This document shows positions 45,001 to 63,549 of a stretch of DNA of 64,000 nucleotides, in pieces. This DNA is from the human T2T-CHM13v2.0 reference genome, Homo sapiens: the NCBI RefSeq assembly GCF_009914755.1, contig NC_060932.1; one strand, 5' to 3'. The notes under the pieces are model-generated. The model was not told where the DNA came from. It did no database searches and worked only from the letters and a program-made list of their open reading frames with translations. How positions within the stretch are numbered: position 1 is the stretch's first letter; the number at the start of each line of letters is the position of its first letter. The position numbers were made by a program, and so were the translations under genes.

Positions 45001-47197
45001 ATACATTTAATAGTAAACCCATTCCTGTCTTACAGCCCTTTATTGTGTGGCACTAACAGACATACAATTGAGTAAAACAGAAACGGAAACAAAAATCATC
45101 CTGTAGAACTTAATTAAAGTTTTCAAAACTTTCCTTGGAATTGGATCTAGCATGGTTTACTCAAATAATAACAACTGTCCTTGTTAGATAGAGCATATGC
45201 TCAGCATGGCATGATGCTATAAATCACTCCTTGTCACAAAGAAGAATAGATACACTGGCTCCACATTGCTTTCCCATTCTTTATAACTAGAAACAGGGTA
45301 TCAGTGTTACCTTCATTATGGTCAGAACAAAAATGTCTGCCTTAATCCTCACACACCATTTTAAAGATAGGTGTCAGGAAGCCAAAAGACGAAACAATGA
45401 GATTAGTGTTGCAATGAGCATCCATCAACTTTCCAGACAAACATAAAATTCTGGTTAGTGCACATGCAGCTAGCATGATGAGTTAGATAGATATTTTGCA
45501 CGTGCTTTCACTGTATAAAGCAGAAAGCTTTTTCTTATTCTTGCAAAGGACTTATCCACTTCTCCAGCATGCACTCTCTTCACTTAGCTTGTGAACTATT
45601 TGAAGAGAGATTCAACTATTAAAATTTTAGTGCAAATTAAACAATATATTAATCATACTACTTGTGAGAATATGCCCCAATTTCTTCCTTCTATGGCAAA
45701 AATATTAACTAAATAAGCCCCTTTCATAGAAAATTTAGAAGTTCCAGGATGATCTTGTGCTGCAGCTGAGCCCTCCTGATTCTCCTTGAGTGTAAGGCCA
45801 TGCCATTCTCTTCTTTAGCCTGCGATGGTCTCAGACGGGGAAGAAATAGCAGCATACGTTAAAAATCGTCAGGAGTCAATGCAGTCTTAGAAAGTAACTA
45901 TAATCTAAGAGCCAGAACAGCAGCAATGATTCCAAATGTAGACTTCAAGTTTTTGGGCATCCTTAATCTTAGCACCTAATGACGTATTGAATGTCAACCT
46001 TTTTTTTTCTCTAACCGTTGATCAATTGACCTAACTTTTGTCTTTCCATTAAACAATTCTCTCTTCCATGACCTCTTTCCCATCAGAATGTAGAGAAGTT
46101 ATTTATTGATCAATAATATAATAAGCATTTGCCAGGTGCCTTCCTTGAACTATCCAGTAGGCCTTGAGCTCTCATGATTCTTCTGGGCCACCAGAGTCAC
46201 TCCCTGAATTCATCCTTCTGCTTCTGCTTCTGATCTAGAGAAGCCAATCCCTCCTGCAACTCTAAAGTTTTTCGTAATTAGAAAATTCTTCCTGTCTCCA
46301 AATTCTCAGCTTTTAAATTCCAAATTTGGCAAGGTTGAAGCTAAATTCCTAATCTCACTAACAGAATATCACCTTAAAGTACAAAAACTGTCTTTTCAAT
46401 ATGATTTCACACAGATGTTAACTCATGATTGTCTAACTCCAAGTGTCTGCAGTTACGAGGCTGAATTCATTTGAATTCCATGGAATGACGCTCTGATAGC
46501 AGTGCTGCAAAGTGCTTCAGATTAGTCTTGGAAGATGTAACAAGTTACATAGAAACAATTTATATCTGCATAAACATTTATACACACCTATATGAGTATA
46601 ACTCAGAACTACCTCAACTTATGTCTTAGAGGATATCTAATACAGTACTGATATAAATATTGAACACATCTAAGCTAAATCCAGATTAAAACTGACCCCT
46701 TATTCATAATGTTCCCTAGTATTCTAGAAACAGCTAGGAAAGCAAAACAACCAGATTTTCTTAGATCTTGGTAAAGGGTAAGTGGGTGAGTGAGTTTCCT
46801 CAAACAAAGCAACTCAAATCAGAGATACCATGTCACTTTAACAAATTAGTGTTACTGCATTTGGTTTTAATAGTGACATCCTGATTTGATGATATGTCCT
46901 ACTGTTAACCGCTTAACCAACCTATTGTTGTCACTATGATCAAACCACTATGAAAGCCGGTGGGTAACAACATAAGCCCATGTTTGAGACATGAGTGTAT
47001 CAAACAAAGTAAGAGGATATAAGCCTTATCCCACAAAATTCAGAAAATAAGTTCCAGATTAAGTAAAGAAAACTGTGTTAAAATTTTAAATATAATAAGA
47101 GAAAATATAAAATAGTTTTATTAAAGATCTGGGAAGTCTTTCTGAGTAGGACATACTATTCAGAAGTTGTAGAAAATTACATTGGCAGATTTGATCA

Positions 47198-47548
<351 letters not shown>

Positions 47549-47697
47549 AGAGAATTAAAATAGAAGCTACACACTGAAAGAAAACATTTTTATTGTAAAC
47601 AACATAAAAGGCAATATTCTTTCCATATTAAAAAACACTTCAAATTAATTAAGCTAATAACCCAATAGAAAAATAATCAAAGAATATAAATGAATAA

Positions 47698-48050
<353 letters not shown>

Positions 48051-48606
48051 ACAAACTTTTTAATATGTTGAAGAAATGACAGCATATGTTAAGAATCGTC
48101 TTAACATTGACTTGGATTTAGGAAAACCATTTGACAAACTCTGTTATAGCTGATAGGAGAGAATATTACCATACCACTGGATGAATGGTAAAAATATTCA
48201 CCAAGTCTCACAAAACCTCATAGAAGGTAGGCCAAGAAACCAAGTTCAAAAAGGCTAAATGACTAACCCATGGTCATAAAAACCTTATATGATAGAGGCT
48301 GAGCTTATAGTTGGCTTCTGACTTCTGTTTTTCCAGGCCTTCAAGTTCCTTCTTAGAATTTAATAAGCACTTTAAAAATTTTACTTCTTTATTTGCACTG
48401 GCTATTAAACATTGGGGATGATTTTTTAGTAAAATATTCCACTTTCCTATGTTGCTTCAATTTTTGGAAAATGCTATTAGCAATAATGTGATATTAAATA
48501 TTAATTTCTTTATCTGGAATTAAGGAGCTTAGATTAAATGTCTTTTTAAGGTCTCTTACATCTCTAAAAGTTTATGATTCTATTTTCAAAGCACTTGCTA
48601 CGTCTT

Positions 48607-48626
48607 TGTGTCTGTGTGTGTGTGTG

Positions 48627-48669
<43 letters not shown>
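48607..48669. repeat. (TG)n microsatellite
   Basis: Interrupted TG run with ~20 uninterrupted units. Confidence 0.95.
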
Positions 48670-48670
<1 letters not shown>

Positions 48671-49522
48671 TTTCCCTATGCACCCCTTCTTCAACCTTAA
48701 TGGGCATCTCAATTCCAACTTGTGAGACCAAAATTTAGGAATGCCACTTTCAGGAGTTTTCATTATATTTTATTCTGTTTAGTTAAAATTCAGTTTACAT
48801 TTTATATTTATTTTAAAAATCTATGCCCCTAGGATTTATTACTAAAACGCATTTGTGGGAATCCATTTTATTACCATACAATGCTATAATTTTATTATAT
48901 AATGTTAAATATGCTTTATGCGTTTAAAAAATAAAGAGCAGTACTTTACCAGGAATTACTAAACCTAAAATGATCTTTACGATGAGATGCAAAATCGTCT
49001 AAAACACCTGCATTTGAAAGCATTTACAAAATGTTGTACTTAAAAACAACTGACACTAGTTGTTGAAATTTAGAACGTTACACTGGAAGAGTCTTTGAAT
49101 CTGTACTTTTTTACTGGATTATGAATTGAATAATTTTACATTCCTTTTAAACTTTGGCCCTTTGGAGTTTATAATAAGAAAATCAAGCAAGTGTTGGATG
49201 ACATGTTGAGTAGAACAGGCAGTGTTCGCTTTCCTATGCAAATAGCCTCTTACACTCATATTATTGCCAGTTTAAGATGAATATGTTCTTGTTGGCATGT
49301 TCTGTGATTAATTATGCTATAAACATTAATATTTTCCTATGTTGTTCATCTCCTTCTGCCATCTAATACTAGATTACCAATACAAGAAATGGTGAAGTAG
49401 CCATGATCCATAAGCATATACTTTCCATTTTTTAAAGCTCAGGAGCAACTTTGCCAGATTGAACACATGTTGGTTAAGCACAGTCTCTGTGAAAGGCCAC
49501 AGAAATATAATTAAAGATTCTA

Positions 49523-52021
<2,499 letters not shown>

Positions 52022-52575
52022 AAAGATTCTAGAGTTAGCAAAAGTCTGTAATTCTTGTAGGTCAAACATGGGAACTATCTTGGTTCCCAGCATGATGGGC
52101 CAACCTTATACTTGAAGGTTTCATGGGGATTTCTTCGTTTTTCCAACTAGCTACACAGCTGTATTTTACTTTCAGGTATATATTTCATAGTATCAATTAG
52201 TGTCAATCTTAGGCAGGCAACAGTCCATCTGTTAAGCCAAGCTAAATGCAGAATTATTTATTGCCACACTCTCATGACAGCCACGGTACTGTATGATCTT
52301 CCTCCAGTTCTCAGCCTCCAGCTTGGATTTCCCTTCTTCACTTTGTGAACCTCATCCCCAAACACCCCTTTTGTTATTTCTGACTCTCTCTGGTTTGCAA
52401 TTCATAACAGTTCTATATTTGTTTCTCAGATATCAAATGGGAATAACAATGATTACTCTTTTCATCTATTTTCATAAGTAGGCTTTAATATTTTGTTTTA
52501 TAGTATTTAGGTTTCCTAGATGATAAGCATTTTTAGCATTTTGTCACTACAAAGGCATGATTACAAAATACTTAT

Positions 52576-53073
52576 TTAGGTAGGCTGAAAAATATTTCCC
52601 ATTAAAGTCTATATTTGATTTCTAATACCTGTGACTATGTCACCTTAAATGGCAAAAGAGAATTTACAGATATGATTAAATCAAGGATCATGAGATGGGC
52701 AATTATCCTGGATTACCTGATAAGCCCTATGTAACCACAAGTTTCCTTAAATGAAGGTGACAGAGGTCATTGTCAGACAGAGATATGACAATGGAAACAG
52801 AGACACATGCAGATGTTACGCTGTTGGATTTAAAGGAGGAGGAAGTGGCCATGAGCCAAGACATGTAGGTGGACCCTAGAAGCTGGAAAAGGATAGGAAA
52901 CACATTCTCCCCTAGAGTTTCCAGAAAGAACTAGCTCTACCAGAATCTTTACTTTCATCCTATGAGACTGATTTCAGACTTCTAATCTCCAGAACTGCAA
53001 GACAATAAATTTATGTTGCTTTAAGCCCCTAAATTAGTGACTTTTGTTACAGCAGCAATGAGAAACTAATACA
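52576..53073 (+). mobile_element. MLT1D-like MaLR solo LTR
   Basis: ggcaaaagagaatttacagatatgattaa...ctagaagctggaaaagg...ttgttacagcagcaatgagaaactaataca. Confidence 0.85.
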
Positions 53074-53139
53074 CTTTATGAATACTTGTTAGCTTCACAG
53101 CCAATGAGTTTGCCTCTAGTTAAAAAGTTAAACACTGGT

Positions 53140-54101
53140 TGTGCGGTGATTCCTCAAGGATCTAAAACTAGAAATACCATTTGACCCAGCAATCCCATTA
53201 CTGGGTATATATCCAAAGGATTAAAAATCATGCTATTATAAGGATACATGCACATGTATGTTAATTGGGGCAGTATTCACAATAGCAAAGACTTGGAACC
53301 AACCCAAATGCCCATCAATGATAGACTGGATTAAGAAAATGTGGCACATATACACCATGGAATACTATGCAGCCATAAAAAATGATGAGTTCATGTCCTT
53401 TGTAGGGACATGGATGAAATTGGAAATCATCATTCTCAGTAAACTATCACAAGAACAAAAAACCAAACACCGCATATTCTCACTCATAGGTGGGAATTGA
53501 ACAATGAGAACACATGGACACAGGAAGGGGAACATCACACTCTGGGGACAGTTGTGGGGTGGGGGGAGGGGGGAGGGATAGCATGAGGAGATATACCTAA
53601 TGCTAAATGACGAGTTAATGGGTGCAGCACACCAGCATGGCACATGTATACATATGTAACTAACCTGCACATTGTGCACATGTATCCTAAAACTTAAAGT
53701 ATAATAATAATTTAAAAAAAAAGAAAATGAGGCACATATACACCATGGAACACTATGCAGCCATAAAAAAGGATGAGTTCATGTCCTTTGCAGGGACACG
53801 GTTGAAGCTGGAAACCATCATTCTCAGCAAACTATCACAAGGGCAGAAAACCAAACATCACATGTTCTCACTCATAGGTGGGAATTGAACAATGAGAACA
53901 CATGGACACAGGGCGAGAAATATCACACACTGGGGCCTGTCGGAGGGTGGGGGTTTGGGGGAGGGATAGCATTAGGAGAAATACCTAATGTAAATGATGA
54001 GTTGATGGGTGCAGCAAACCAACAGGGCACATGTATACCTATGTAACAAACCTGCACGTTGTGCACATGTACCCTAGAACGTAAAGTAAAATTAAAAAAA
54101 A
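53140..54101 (+). mobile_element. Older L1PA5/6-like 3' fragment (host element)
   Basis: TSD aaaaagttaa(a/g)cactg at 53122-53137 and 54102-54117 encloses both 3' ends. Confidence 0.9.
53333..53720 (+). mobile_element. Younger L1PA2/3-like 3' end nested in register in the older L1
   Basis: Own A tail at ~53697-53720; young diagnostics aaattggaaatcatc, cagtaaact, accagcatgg, taactaacc; host resumes at 53721 aagaaaatga. Confidence 0.85.
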
Positions 54102-54939
54102 AAAAAGTTAAGCACTGATTTTGTCTGTTTTGCATGTTTTATTTATAAGAGATAGTCTAAGTTATTTCCAAACTAAGTGATTGCAAAAGGTGTGGTGTAT
54201 GCATACAAATGGTTTGATTAATCATTAATAAATTCATAAAGGCATCTAGAAAGAAATGTAAAGGTGGGAATGCCCATCTTTGGAGACTGTTGTCTGATAA
54301 CAAAATATAGGAGCAAAGGCTCAAGCAATATGTGATATGGTTCCAAGTAAAAATGTGAAAATGGTTTTCTTTTCCGCAGAAATGCTCCTGTCATCTTGAT
54401 AAACACATTCTGGACTATAAGGGACTGATCTGCTTAATGAATAGATATTAGCTATCTACTAGAAGCTTAAATAGCACCACTTTGGGAGAGTGCTATAAAG
54501 CAAACAACAGCAAAAAAATTTTCTGAAATAAAATCTTTAGTGGTAAACAGAAATAAAATAATCGATTTAATGAGTTATGCATATTATAACGATAAATATG
54601 TAGTAAGTATTTTAATGTATTTGTGGGATTAATTAATACTTGCATCATTAATACTAATGCTAATACATTAATACTAATAAGATTTCCAGTTATTTATTTT
54701 TTCTTCTTGTTTGGAAACTCTCATTGTCCATCAGTTGTCACTAAATCAAGCCTCTGTTACTCCAGCCTGAGATGAAGTGATCACAGTTACTCATCTCCAG
54801 AAGTTTATAATTTTCTAGGAACACAGAAAAAAAAAATCATCTTTTTTAAGCTTACAGAGAAATCAACAGTGAATAAAAGTATTTAAACTTAGCATTTATT
54901 AAAGAAATGTAAATTTTAAATAATGAAAAGTCATCTACC

Positions 54940-55830
54940 ACCTTGACACTTGAGGAGTCTGTCCTCCTTGGGGAGGTCATGGAGGCTTTCATAGCAGAAG
55001 CTGTGCTAAGCTAGGTCTTCAATGGTGAATTGAAAAGGCCAAATGGAGAGGACGTAGAGGTCATTCTAGGCAAAAATATAGAAGGAAAAATGGCACAAAG
55101 GCATGGGGGAGTACAGAATGTTCAAGGAACTGAAAGGTTAGTACTAGAAGAGTTTAAAAGATGAGAAGAGAATCCGAAGAACTGAGGTAAGAGTTACAGG
55201 AGACATCAGATCCAAAATGGCTTGGAATGACATTCCATGGAGGATAGATTTTATCCTGCTGCCCAGAGAAAGGAATTTTAAGAAGAGAAATCAAATGACT
55301 GTCTTTGAAACAAACTTATTGTTGGCGATGTGGAAAATAGATTGAAGGGAAGAAAAAACAATTATACATGAGGGTGCTTCGAAGACCATTGTAACAGCCA
55401 GGATGAGATGAGATAGGACAAATATCTGCCCCAGGAGCTCCTCAGATTCACTCAGAGCATGAAAGGAAGAGATGGAACCAATATAGTAGGGAGGGGTAAA
55501 ATCTCTTTGACTGGGTTATCGATTAACAGAGAAGGAGGAATTGGGGATGATGCTGAGAACTCCTAGTTAAATAACTGGAAGAACTGTGTTATTCACATTA
55601 AGGACGAGGGAAAGCATATTTGGGAGAAGTGCTATTTCTGCATCGTCCTTGTTGAGAATGCAGTGAGCGTGAGGCAAATAATTACAATTGTCCAAAGTGC
55701 TGTTGAGTACAGGAAACTCAAGCTCAGGTAAGAAATCTTGTTCAGAAATAGACTTGAGCCATCGGCATACATATGGGTGGTATTTGAAAGTGTGGGACTA
55801 AATGATATCACCTAGGAAGAGCAAACTGGA
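54940..55830 (-). mobile_element. L2 fragment
   Basis: ggggaggtcatggaggctttcatagcagaag...cattctaggc...gatatcacctaggaagag. Confidence 0.65.
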
Positions 55831-57799
55831 GCATTTTAAAGGTAATTTTGAAATAGCTGCTATGAGGACTTAGAAATGAAGATGTTTAGCAATTAATAAA
55901 AAAGATTATTCCAAGTGCCACGTTTTCTTCTTGTATATAACCTGTAAGTTTCTAGCTAAAAATTAGCCCTCTCCTTCAGGTGATGCTAAATTTGGTTGAT
56001 TCAAACTACTGATTAGTTCACTAAGAGGAAACTTATTTATAAGCTATTCATCAAGTGTGGTGGGTTTTACATCTTTTAAGCCTATTGATTTGACGACACA
56101 TAAATGGAGCTGTGCTTCTCTTCTCTAAAATGTTTTCTGGTCATTATGTATTTATTTCATTGATTCTATTTTTAATACTATAAATCATTTTTATATCTGG
56201 AACTTCTCTAAATTCTTCACATTTTTTTGTCTTCTGAACTTCTGAATGTGACCGTCTACTGAAGTAAGGTAAATGTGTAGTTTTATCTATGTATGTAAAA
56301 TTCAATTTTATACATTTTATTAATAAATTCTATTTTTAGTTTTATTTTTCAGTGTCATCCTTATACAAAACCTCCTCCTCCACTTAGTAACAGCTGTTTG
56401 GGGTCATAAACTTTGTTTTGTTTAATGGTTAGGAAGGTTTGCCTCAAGCAAGGTCTCCCATCTTGGGCCCAGTCAATAGGTATATTTGTTCCTAAGGAAA
56501 AGGAAACATTTACTCTGATTATCTTTAAAGGGGATATATAAAGCTTACATATTTCCCCTACAATTACACCTTTGATCATATTGCCTAAAATTGACAATTG
56601 TGTTTTACAATTGGAACAGTGGAGTTAATTAAGTAAACCCTAGGATAAATAGAAGAATCTAAACAAGGTAGTGAATATTTAATCTGATTCCAACTGTAGC
56701 GAAGCACCTTTCTAAGAATAGGAAGTTGTACATTACATAGCAAAGGAGATTTTCATTCATTTTTGTTGGTGTCATTTTGTGACCACACGGCCTAATTTCC
56801 AAATTGCTTCAGCTAACTTTGTCATGCTAAATAGCTGGAGCAATTATAAATTAAATAATCAGGAGAAACTCAATTTCTGGTTTCCACAGGGAAATTCTAA
56901 ATTCAGAAATTTGAAGTGGAAGTTGAAAACGTAGCTACTATGAGTCACTCTGAAGTTTCTGATGCCCTTAAATCTATGTAAAGGCCATGCTTTTTTTTTT
57001 TTAAGAAGAAAGAAAAGAAATGGGAGTCAAAGTATAGTCTTACTCATTGCTGATTCTAAAGAAATTCTCCTTTAGAAAATTTCCAAAACATGTTTTTTTT
57101 TAATTTTTTAAACAATAAGAGCATTCTGAAAGCTCTAAGAAAGAGAACAAACAGATCTTTGAGAATTAGTTCAACTTATATACCTTTTTTTTTGTAATTA
57201 AGAACAAACTAAAGCTAAATGCATTGGTTAGTTTCTTAACATGAAATTATGTATGAACCATGTATAAAATATATTTAAGTGGATAATTTGGTATTTTTAC
57301 CTTTTTCACCTATACATAAGAACAAATATTTAAAACAAATATTAGTCATAAAAATGATAACCTAACATGATGCTATGAAATAATTCATCTGCAAGGAACT
57401 GCAAGAATGAAAAACTCTATCACTAATAAATAGTAGATGGTAAAGCAAGCAGCCATGGTCAATAGTAAGAAAGTACCATTATTACTAAATGGTACTATAT
57501 GCTCATAACGCATGTCATTTGTTATATATTCATTGATCCAATAAAAATTTATGGAATTCCTATTAAGAAATCTAGCCAGGATGCAAGATAGGAATGTAAA
57601 CAAATAAGCACAGTGTAATAGGTACAATAGCAAAGGATGTTTCACATGATGAGAAATAAAATGATTTTAACTGAAGACATAGGCAAAGCCTGAGAGAGAA
57701 GGCCATCTTTGTTCTGAGCCTTGATAAATGAATTGGATTCATCATGCATTTCTTCTGCACTCTAGACAGAAGTAAAGAGGTGTTACAATCTCAACCCAA

Positions 57800-58190
57800 G
57801 TGTCCAAATCTAACCCCACTTCAGAAAAACTCAAGATACTTTTAAAGACTTTAGCTTTCTTTCCCGAAAAGTTTTGATTCAGTACATCTAGAAAGGGACC
57901 CAAGAATTTGTATTTATTTCTAAACTCCCAGGTGATATTATGTGAAGTTTGGTGTGAATTGGGTAGGAGGTGGGAATGGGCAGTAAATTTTGTCGTGAAG
58001 ATGTACTGGCCCTCATTTGTGAATACCTTTTTTTCTAAAAGACAATCTAAAGCAGTTTTCTCAACCTTTCATGTGCATATGAATCACCCCCTGGTAAAGA
58101 CAAATTCTGATTCAGTAGGAGACTGCATTTCTAGCGAGCTCCCAAGTTGTACTGATGCTGCTGGTCTACGGACCATACTTTGCTGCTCCA
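57800..58190. mobile_element. Two MER5-family hAT-Charlie MITE relics
   Basis: ttgattcagtacatctag...ctcccaggtgat and cagttttctcaacc...tctgattcagtagg...gctggtctacggaccatacttt. Confidence 0.65.
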
Positions 58191-58404
58191 GTTTGATAAA
58201 TTGACAGGTAAAAGGGCACAACAAAAATTAAGAATGTAAGTGTAGGAAGGTAGAGGAAACACCCCTGGTTTCCAAGTTGATGGGGAGACACTGTTGAATG
58301 TTTAGAATTTTTAATAATCTCTGGTCTTGGTGTATCTTGGATATTCAGGAGGGAAATAAGTTGCTTTTATTAACTTCACAAATTAACTTTCTACTAAATA
58401 GAGA

Positions 58405-58635
58405 ATAGTGCAATGGTAAAAACTATGTATTCTGAAGTCCAATTGAATGGCTTCAAATTCTACCTTCATATTTTGATAGCTATGATAGTGTGAGCAAATA
58501 ATAATAATAATAATAATCTGCTCGTACCACATTTCCTTATTTGTAAAGTGGAGATAATAAGAGTACTTACCTCTCCAGAGATGGGGAGGATTACTAGTTA
58601 ACATATGGAAAGCGTGAAGAGCATGTTCTGGCCCA
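58405..58635 (+). mobile_element. MIR with (AAT)n expansion
   Basis: tttccttatttgtaaagtggagataataagagtacttacctc. Confidence 0.7.
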
Positions 58636-58792
58636 GTCAAGCAATATAACAACATCTGCCACTTTCTTATCTTTGTTTGTTTTCACAGATATCAATATGA
58701 GGTCATATTGAGAACTGAAAGAAATGTTCAACTTGTTATTTTTCTCACAACTCCCTTGGCTTTCTGGTAAATCTGGCTTTCAACCCTGTTCC

Positions 58793-59106
<314 letters not shown>

Positions 59107-61519
59107 CCTGTTCCTTCTTATTGCAACATGATGAATCTCCCTTCCATTTATTCCTCATCTATCTGTCTAGTCCCATCATATTTAAAAATCTTATACCTTT
59201 ACCCAGCTTACTTTTTCTTCTCCCATTTTTAGATCACCTAATCCTCTATGAATCTGTGAAACTCTACCTCTCAACATTTGTTTGAAACCATTCTTAACCA
59301 AGGTCAATGAACTTTTTCTCTAGGCAAATCTGTTTTTCCACATTGTTAGTCATCTCTTTCTCAAAATTTGGCAGCCATTTCATAGTAGAAACAAAAATTT
59401 CAAATACATATTATATTCACAAATGTTATCACAATTTTAAACAAAGCCACAGCCATTGTAATCTGGGGTTTAATGGATAATCTAAATTGGGGAGCAGGTG
59501 TGCAGATTGGCAAAGGGAAGGCAGATAAGTATTCCAGGTATATCAGACAGCATTAAAAAAGCCCACCTGTCAGCTGGGCTAACCAACAGAGACATCAGAC
59601 TCACCACCTGACTTCTGTCATGCTCCAACTCATCTTTCAGACCTTCACTGCCCCAGTTCTCTTGCCCAGTTGTTTAGGTCTTATTCCTAAAATGAATTCC
59701 TTACTTGTAATAAATGCAATGGTTCTGCTCCCCTGATTAATACTGAGTGACACCAGAGTTTAGAATTCAGCCTTGATCTCATAGAAAATAATTGAACATT
59801 AAAGCTTCTCAAGCAGAGAATGACATGGTAAAAGTGGGTCTTTGGGGAGATGACTTAACAGTGGTTTTCATTCTAATTTCATCCTGGCTTGTGAGAGTTA
59901 ATAACTGAAAGAAGAGATAGGACCACATGGCCTATCATGGTAAGTCAAGTGAGAGATAGAGTCCTCAGAAGGGAGACAAAAATAAAGAAATGATCAGATC
60001 ATCAACTCTTCAAAGTCATTGACTCTGGTATTCGTCTTTTCAGCATCTTCGTGGTGCAATACAGCCCTGGACACACAGTAGAAATATGTCAAAAGTTTAC
60101 AACATTTGAGAAAAAATTAAATGCATAAAATATGAGTCATGCTTTTCATTTATTAATACAAATTAAAACAAAATAGTCCCCAATTTCCACTGAAATGTAA
60201 GCTCCATAAAACTATAGATGTTGGAAATTTATTGTACCATTGCTGTACTTTCAGGCCTCAAACAGCGCCTGGTGCATATTAATGTGTGGATAAATATTTA
60301 TTAAATGAAATTAATGACTGATGCCACTAGACATCATAATCTCTTTCTTAAATACATAACATGGAACATTCATTCAGTTGAATTGTTTATTTCAAAAGAA
60401 AGTTTCCAAAATCAGAGTTTACAGAGAATGCTGCACAATCACATAAATATCCCCAAACACTTAATCTATGAATTAAACTTAACTTAGAATTTCAGAGTGC
60501 AGAATTCTATAGAAAATGACTTCATGAAAAAGTTTATGTTCTTTATCTAAAAAAAGTTTATATTTAATATATTTCTGTCACAGGATTTGTCATTGCTGTT
60601 GCTTTTTTTTTCCTGGGCAAGAAATGACATCGAGAGGTTTTTTTCCCACCATTCAGGAAAATCATTTTAGGGCTATAAATATTAATGGGTTTAGTAATAA
60701 ATTACACACTTGAATGGCATTTTATTACTTAAAACTAAAATATTAAAAACCTTATTTGAAATGCACAGAGAAATCATGTAATTTAAATCACCTTAGACTT
60801 GGAAATGGACTGCAAAACACTGCTTAGAAAGAAGGATAATTCTTAAAATATGTATTTTGGTAATGGGCCAACATATTCCACAGAATCATCTAAAAAGAAA
60901 GTGGACAGATTCTCTGGTCTAGTATATTTTTTCTCAGATAAGCAAATTCTTTTTATTTGCTTCCCTTGGCCATTCTCTAAAATTAATAACATAAGCACTG
61001 AAGTTAGAATTGCTAAGAACTAATTTTTCTTGCCATTGAAGCAAGATTTTCTTCTCTCTGAAAATGAATTTACTAACAATGTTATAAACCAAGGGTGTCA
61101 TCTCCTAAAAAGTAAATCTTACAGATCGGCCACACACATGACATATATACTCAAAAGTATGTATCCAAATCATACTTCTTCCTTTTGGAAATTTGGAATT
61201 AGAATTAATAATTTAAGCATTGATATTAATTTATTTCTCAACTGTATAATAAATGAATTTCTCAGATGAATTCTATCTGATCATTTTAGAGATAGAAATA
61301 ATAATTTTATTCCGGAATCAATCACCATCATTATATCTTCAACCAATATCATGACCAGGGCATAAGATACTGTCCTTGCTCCCATTAATTTTGTCCAAAA
61401 TTCTTTAATTCTAATTAATTACAAAAATAATCAATAAATATGTGGTTTGCCTGGAGGAGTTGAGCGTAGTTGTAAGTTAGCCTATTTTACGTAAGATAAA
61501 ACAGGTTTTAAATTTAGCT

Positions 61520-62010
61520 ACATGACCTTTCCAGTCACTAATCAGAGTTTATTTTTATGCCACTTCCCCATTAAGAACTTTTTCAGTGATTCCCCCACTG
61601 CACACAGAATAAAACCTGGTTTCCTTAGCTCAGTAGTCAAGGACCATTCTAATCTGCTCCAAGACTTCTTCTACAGTCTAATTCTCATTCTTATTTTACT
61701 GTCCACAACAAGCCATCCACATCAGATCTTTTGCAGTTCCTGAAGATGCCTCAACTCTTCACTTTCAAGGTGTCAGTGCAACATGAAGGGAACACCTGGA
61801 ATAGTCTCCTTTCCCACCACTAGTTTCTCCCATTCTTAAAAACTGTACCTAGTACTGCCCCCAATTTTACAAAATGTTCTCATCTCTATCTGCCTTACCT
61901 GCCAGGCCCTGAGACTGTGGTAAAGAGGGATCCTGTCTTATTCATATTTGTATTTATTAGAGAAACACATAAGTGCTCTGTTAATAGTTATGAATCGAAT
62001 CACATTAAAT
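61520..62010 (+). mobile_element. L2 3' fragment
   Basis: ttcagtgattccccactgcacacagaataaaac...tgtcttattcatatttgtat...taagtgctc...tgaatcgaat. Confidence 0.6.
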
Positions 62011-62168
62011 TGAATTGAAACTGGAAGCTGGGGTAGTGGTGGGGATGGGAATATGGCATCAAACCAAGTTCTCTAATGCAGCCACAGATCAATCAGCAAG
62101 TACATTTCTCAGTACTAAAATCCAAGATCTGGATTGGTCACTATAGGGGGTAAATAAAAAGGAAAACA

Positions 62169-62493
<325 letters not shown>

Positions 62494-63310
62494 TAAGAAA
62501 ACACCTTCAAGAATCCACAGAATAATGCCTTAAATTATCTCATTTAAAGAAGGGTGACAAGAGCTAAATTTGACCAGATGATTTATATACAGTACCATTT
62601 AAGCATCAAAACAGCCACTTTAAGGGACCATTACTTTTACAAGTGAAAAAACTGAGGCCCAAAGTCACACAGCAAGTAAGTAGCAAGATAAAAATGTAAA
62701 CTCACACCTGTTAGGTCCCAGGGTTTGTGCTCTCAACCACATCCAATCGCCTTGAGTCTCAGAGCGAGTTTTGTTGTCTATGCTTTTTAAAATGTCACTT
62801 CTATTTTTATAATTTAAAAGTATATATTAATTGCAGAATTGACCATAGTGCCACTACCCAGAGGCAACCAAATTTTGTTTTCAGTTTTTTTCTGTGAGAA
62901 TAAATAAACAACACATATGTTTTCCTGATATTAGATCACTCTGTATACTTCACATGTTATGATAATTTTATTCACGTTTTGCACTGAACACTTTCTACAT
63001 TATTTCAACATTCACCTAAAATATGTTTTTATGCTACATATTATTTTAATTATGAATTAACAATAATTTAACTCTATAAAATCTTGCATCATTAGATATC
63101 TAGCTTGTTTTCTACCTTTTACTATTATAAGTAAAATTTTGTAAGCATCCTTGTGCATAAACATTTTTGTGCATCACTGATTATTTATTTGGGGTTTCAA
63201 TTTTCAACTTTTATGGGAAAGGGAAAGAAAGTCACAAGGAAGTTAAGCTGTATCTGATTTCACACTGCTAAAGAGTAATGAACTCTAGACTTCAATGCAA
63301 ACCATCTAAT

Positions 63311-63549
63311 CCGGGTTTTCCCAACTTCATACACCGTTAACATTTTGAACCAGATAACTCTTCATTGTCAGGGGTCATTCTATGCATGGTAAACTATTAA
63401 GCCTCACCTCTGGCCTCCATTCCTAGAAGTCAGTAGCAAGAAACCCTCCACTCATGACAATAAAAATTGTCTCCAGATATTATTGTCCAATGTCCCAGGT
63501 TGGGCGAGGGGATCATAACATCCCTCTCCTCTCTCATTGAAACTCACTG
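63311..63549 (+). mobile_element. MER20 hAT-Charlie MITE
   Basis: acattttgaaccagataactct...gacaataaaaattgtctccagatat...ttgaaactcactg. Confidence 0.75.
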
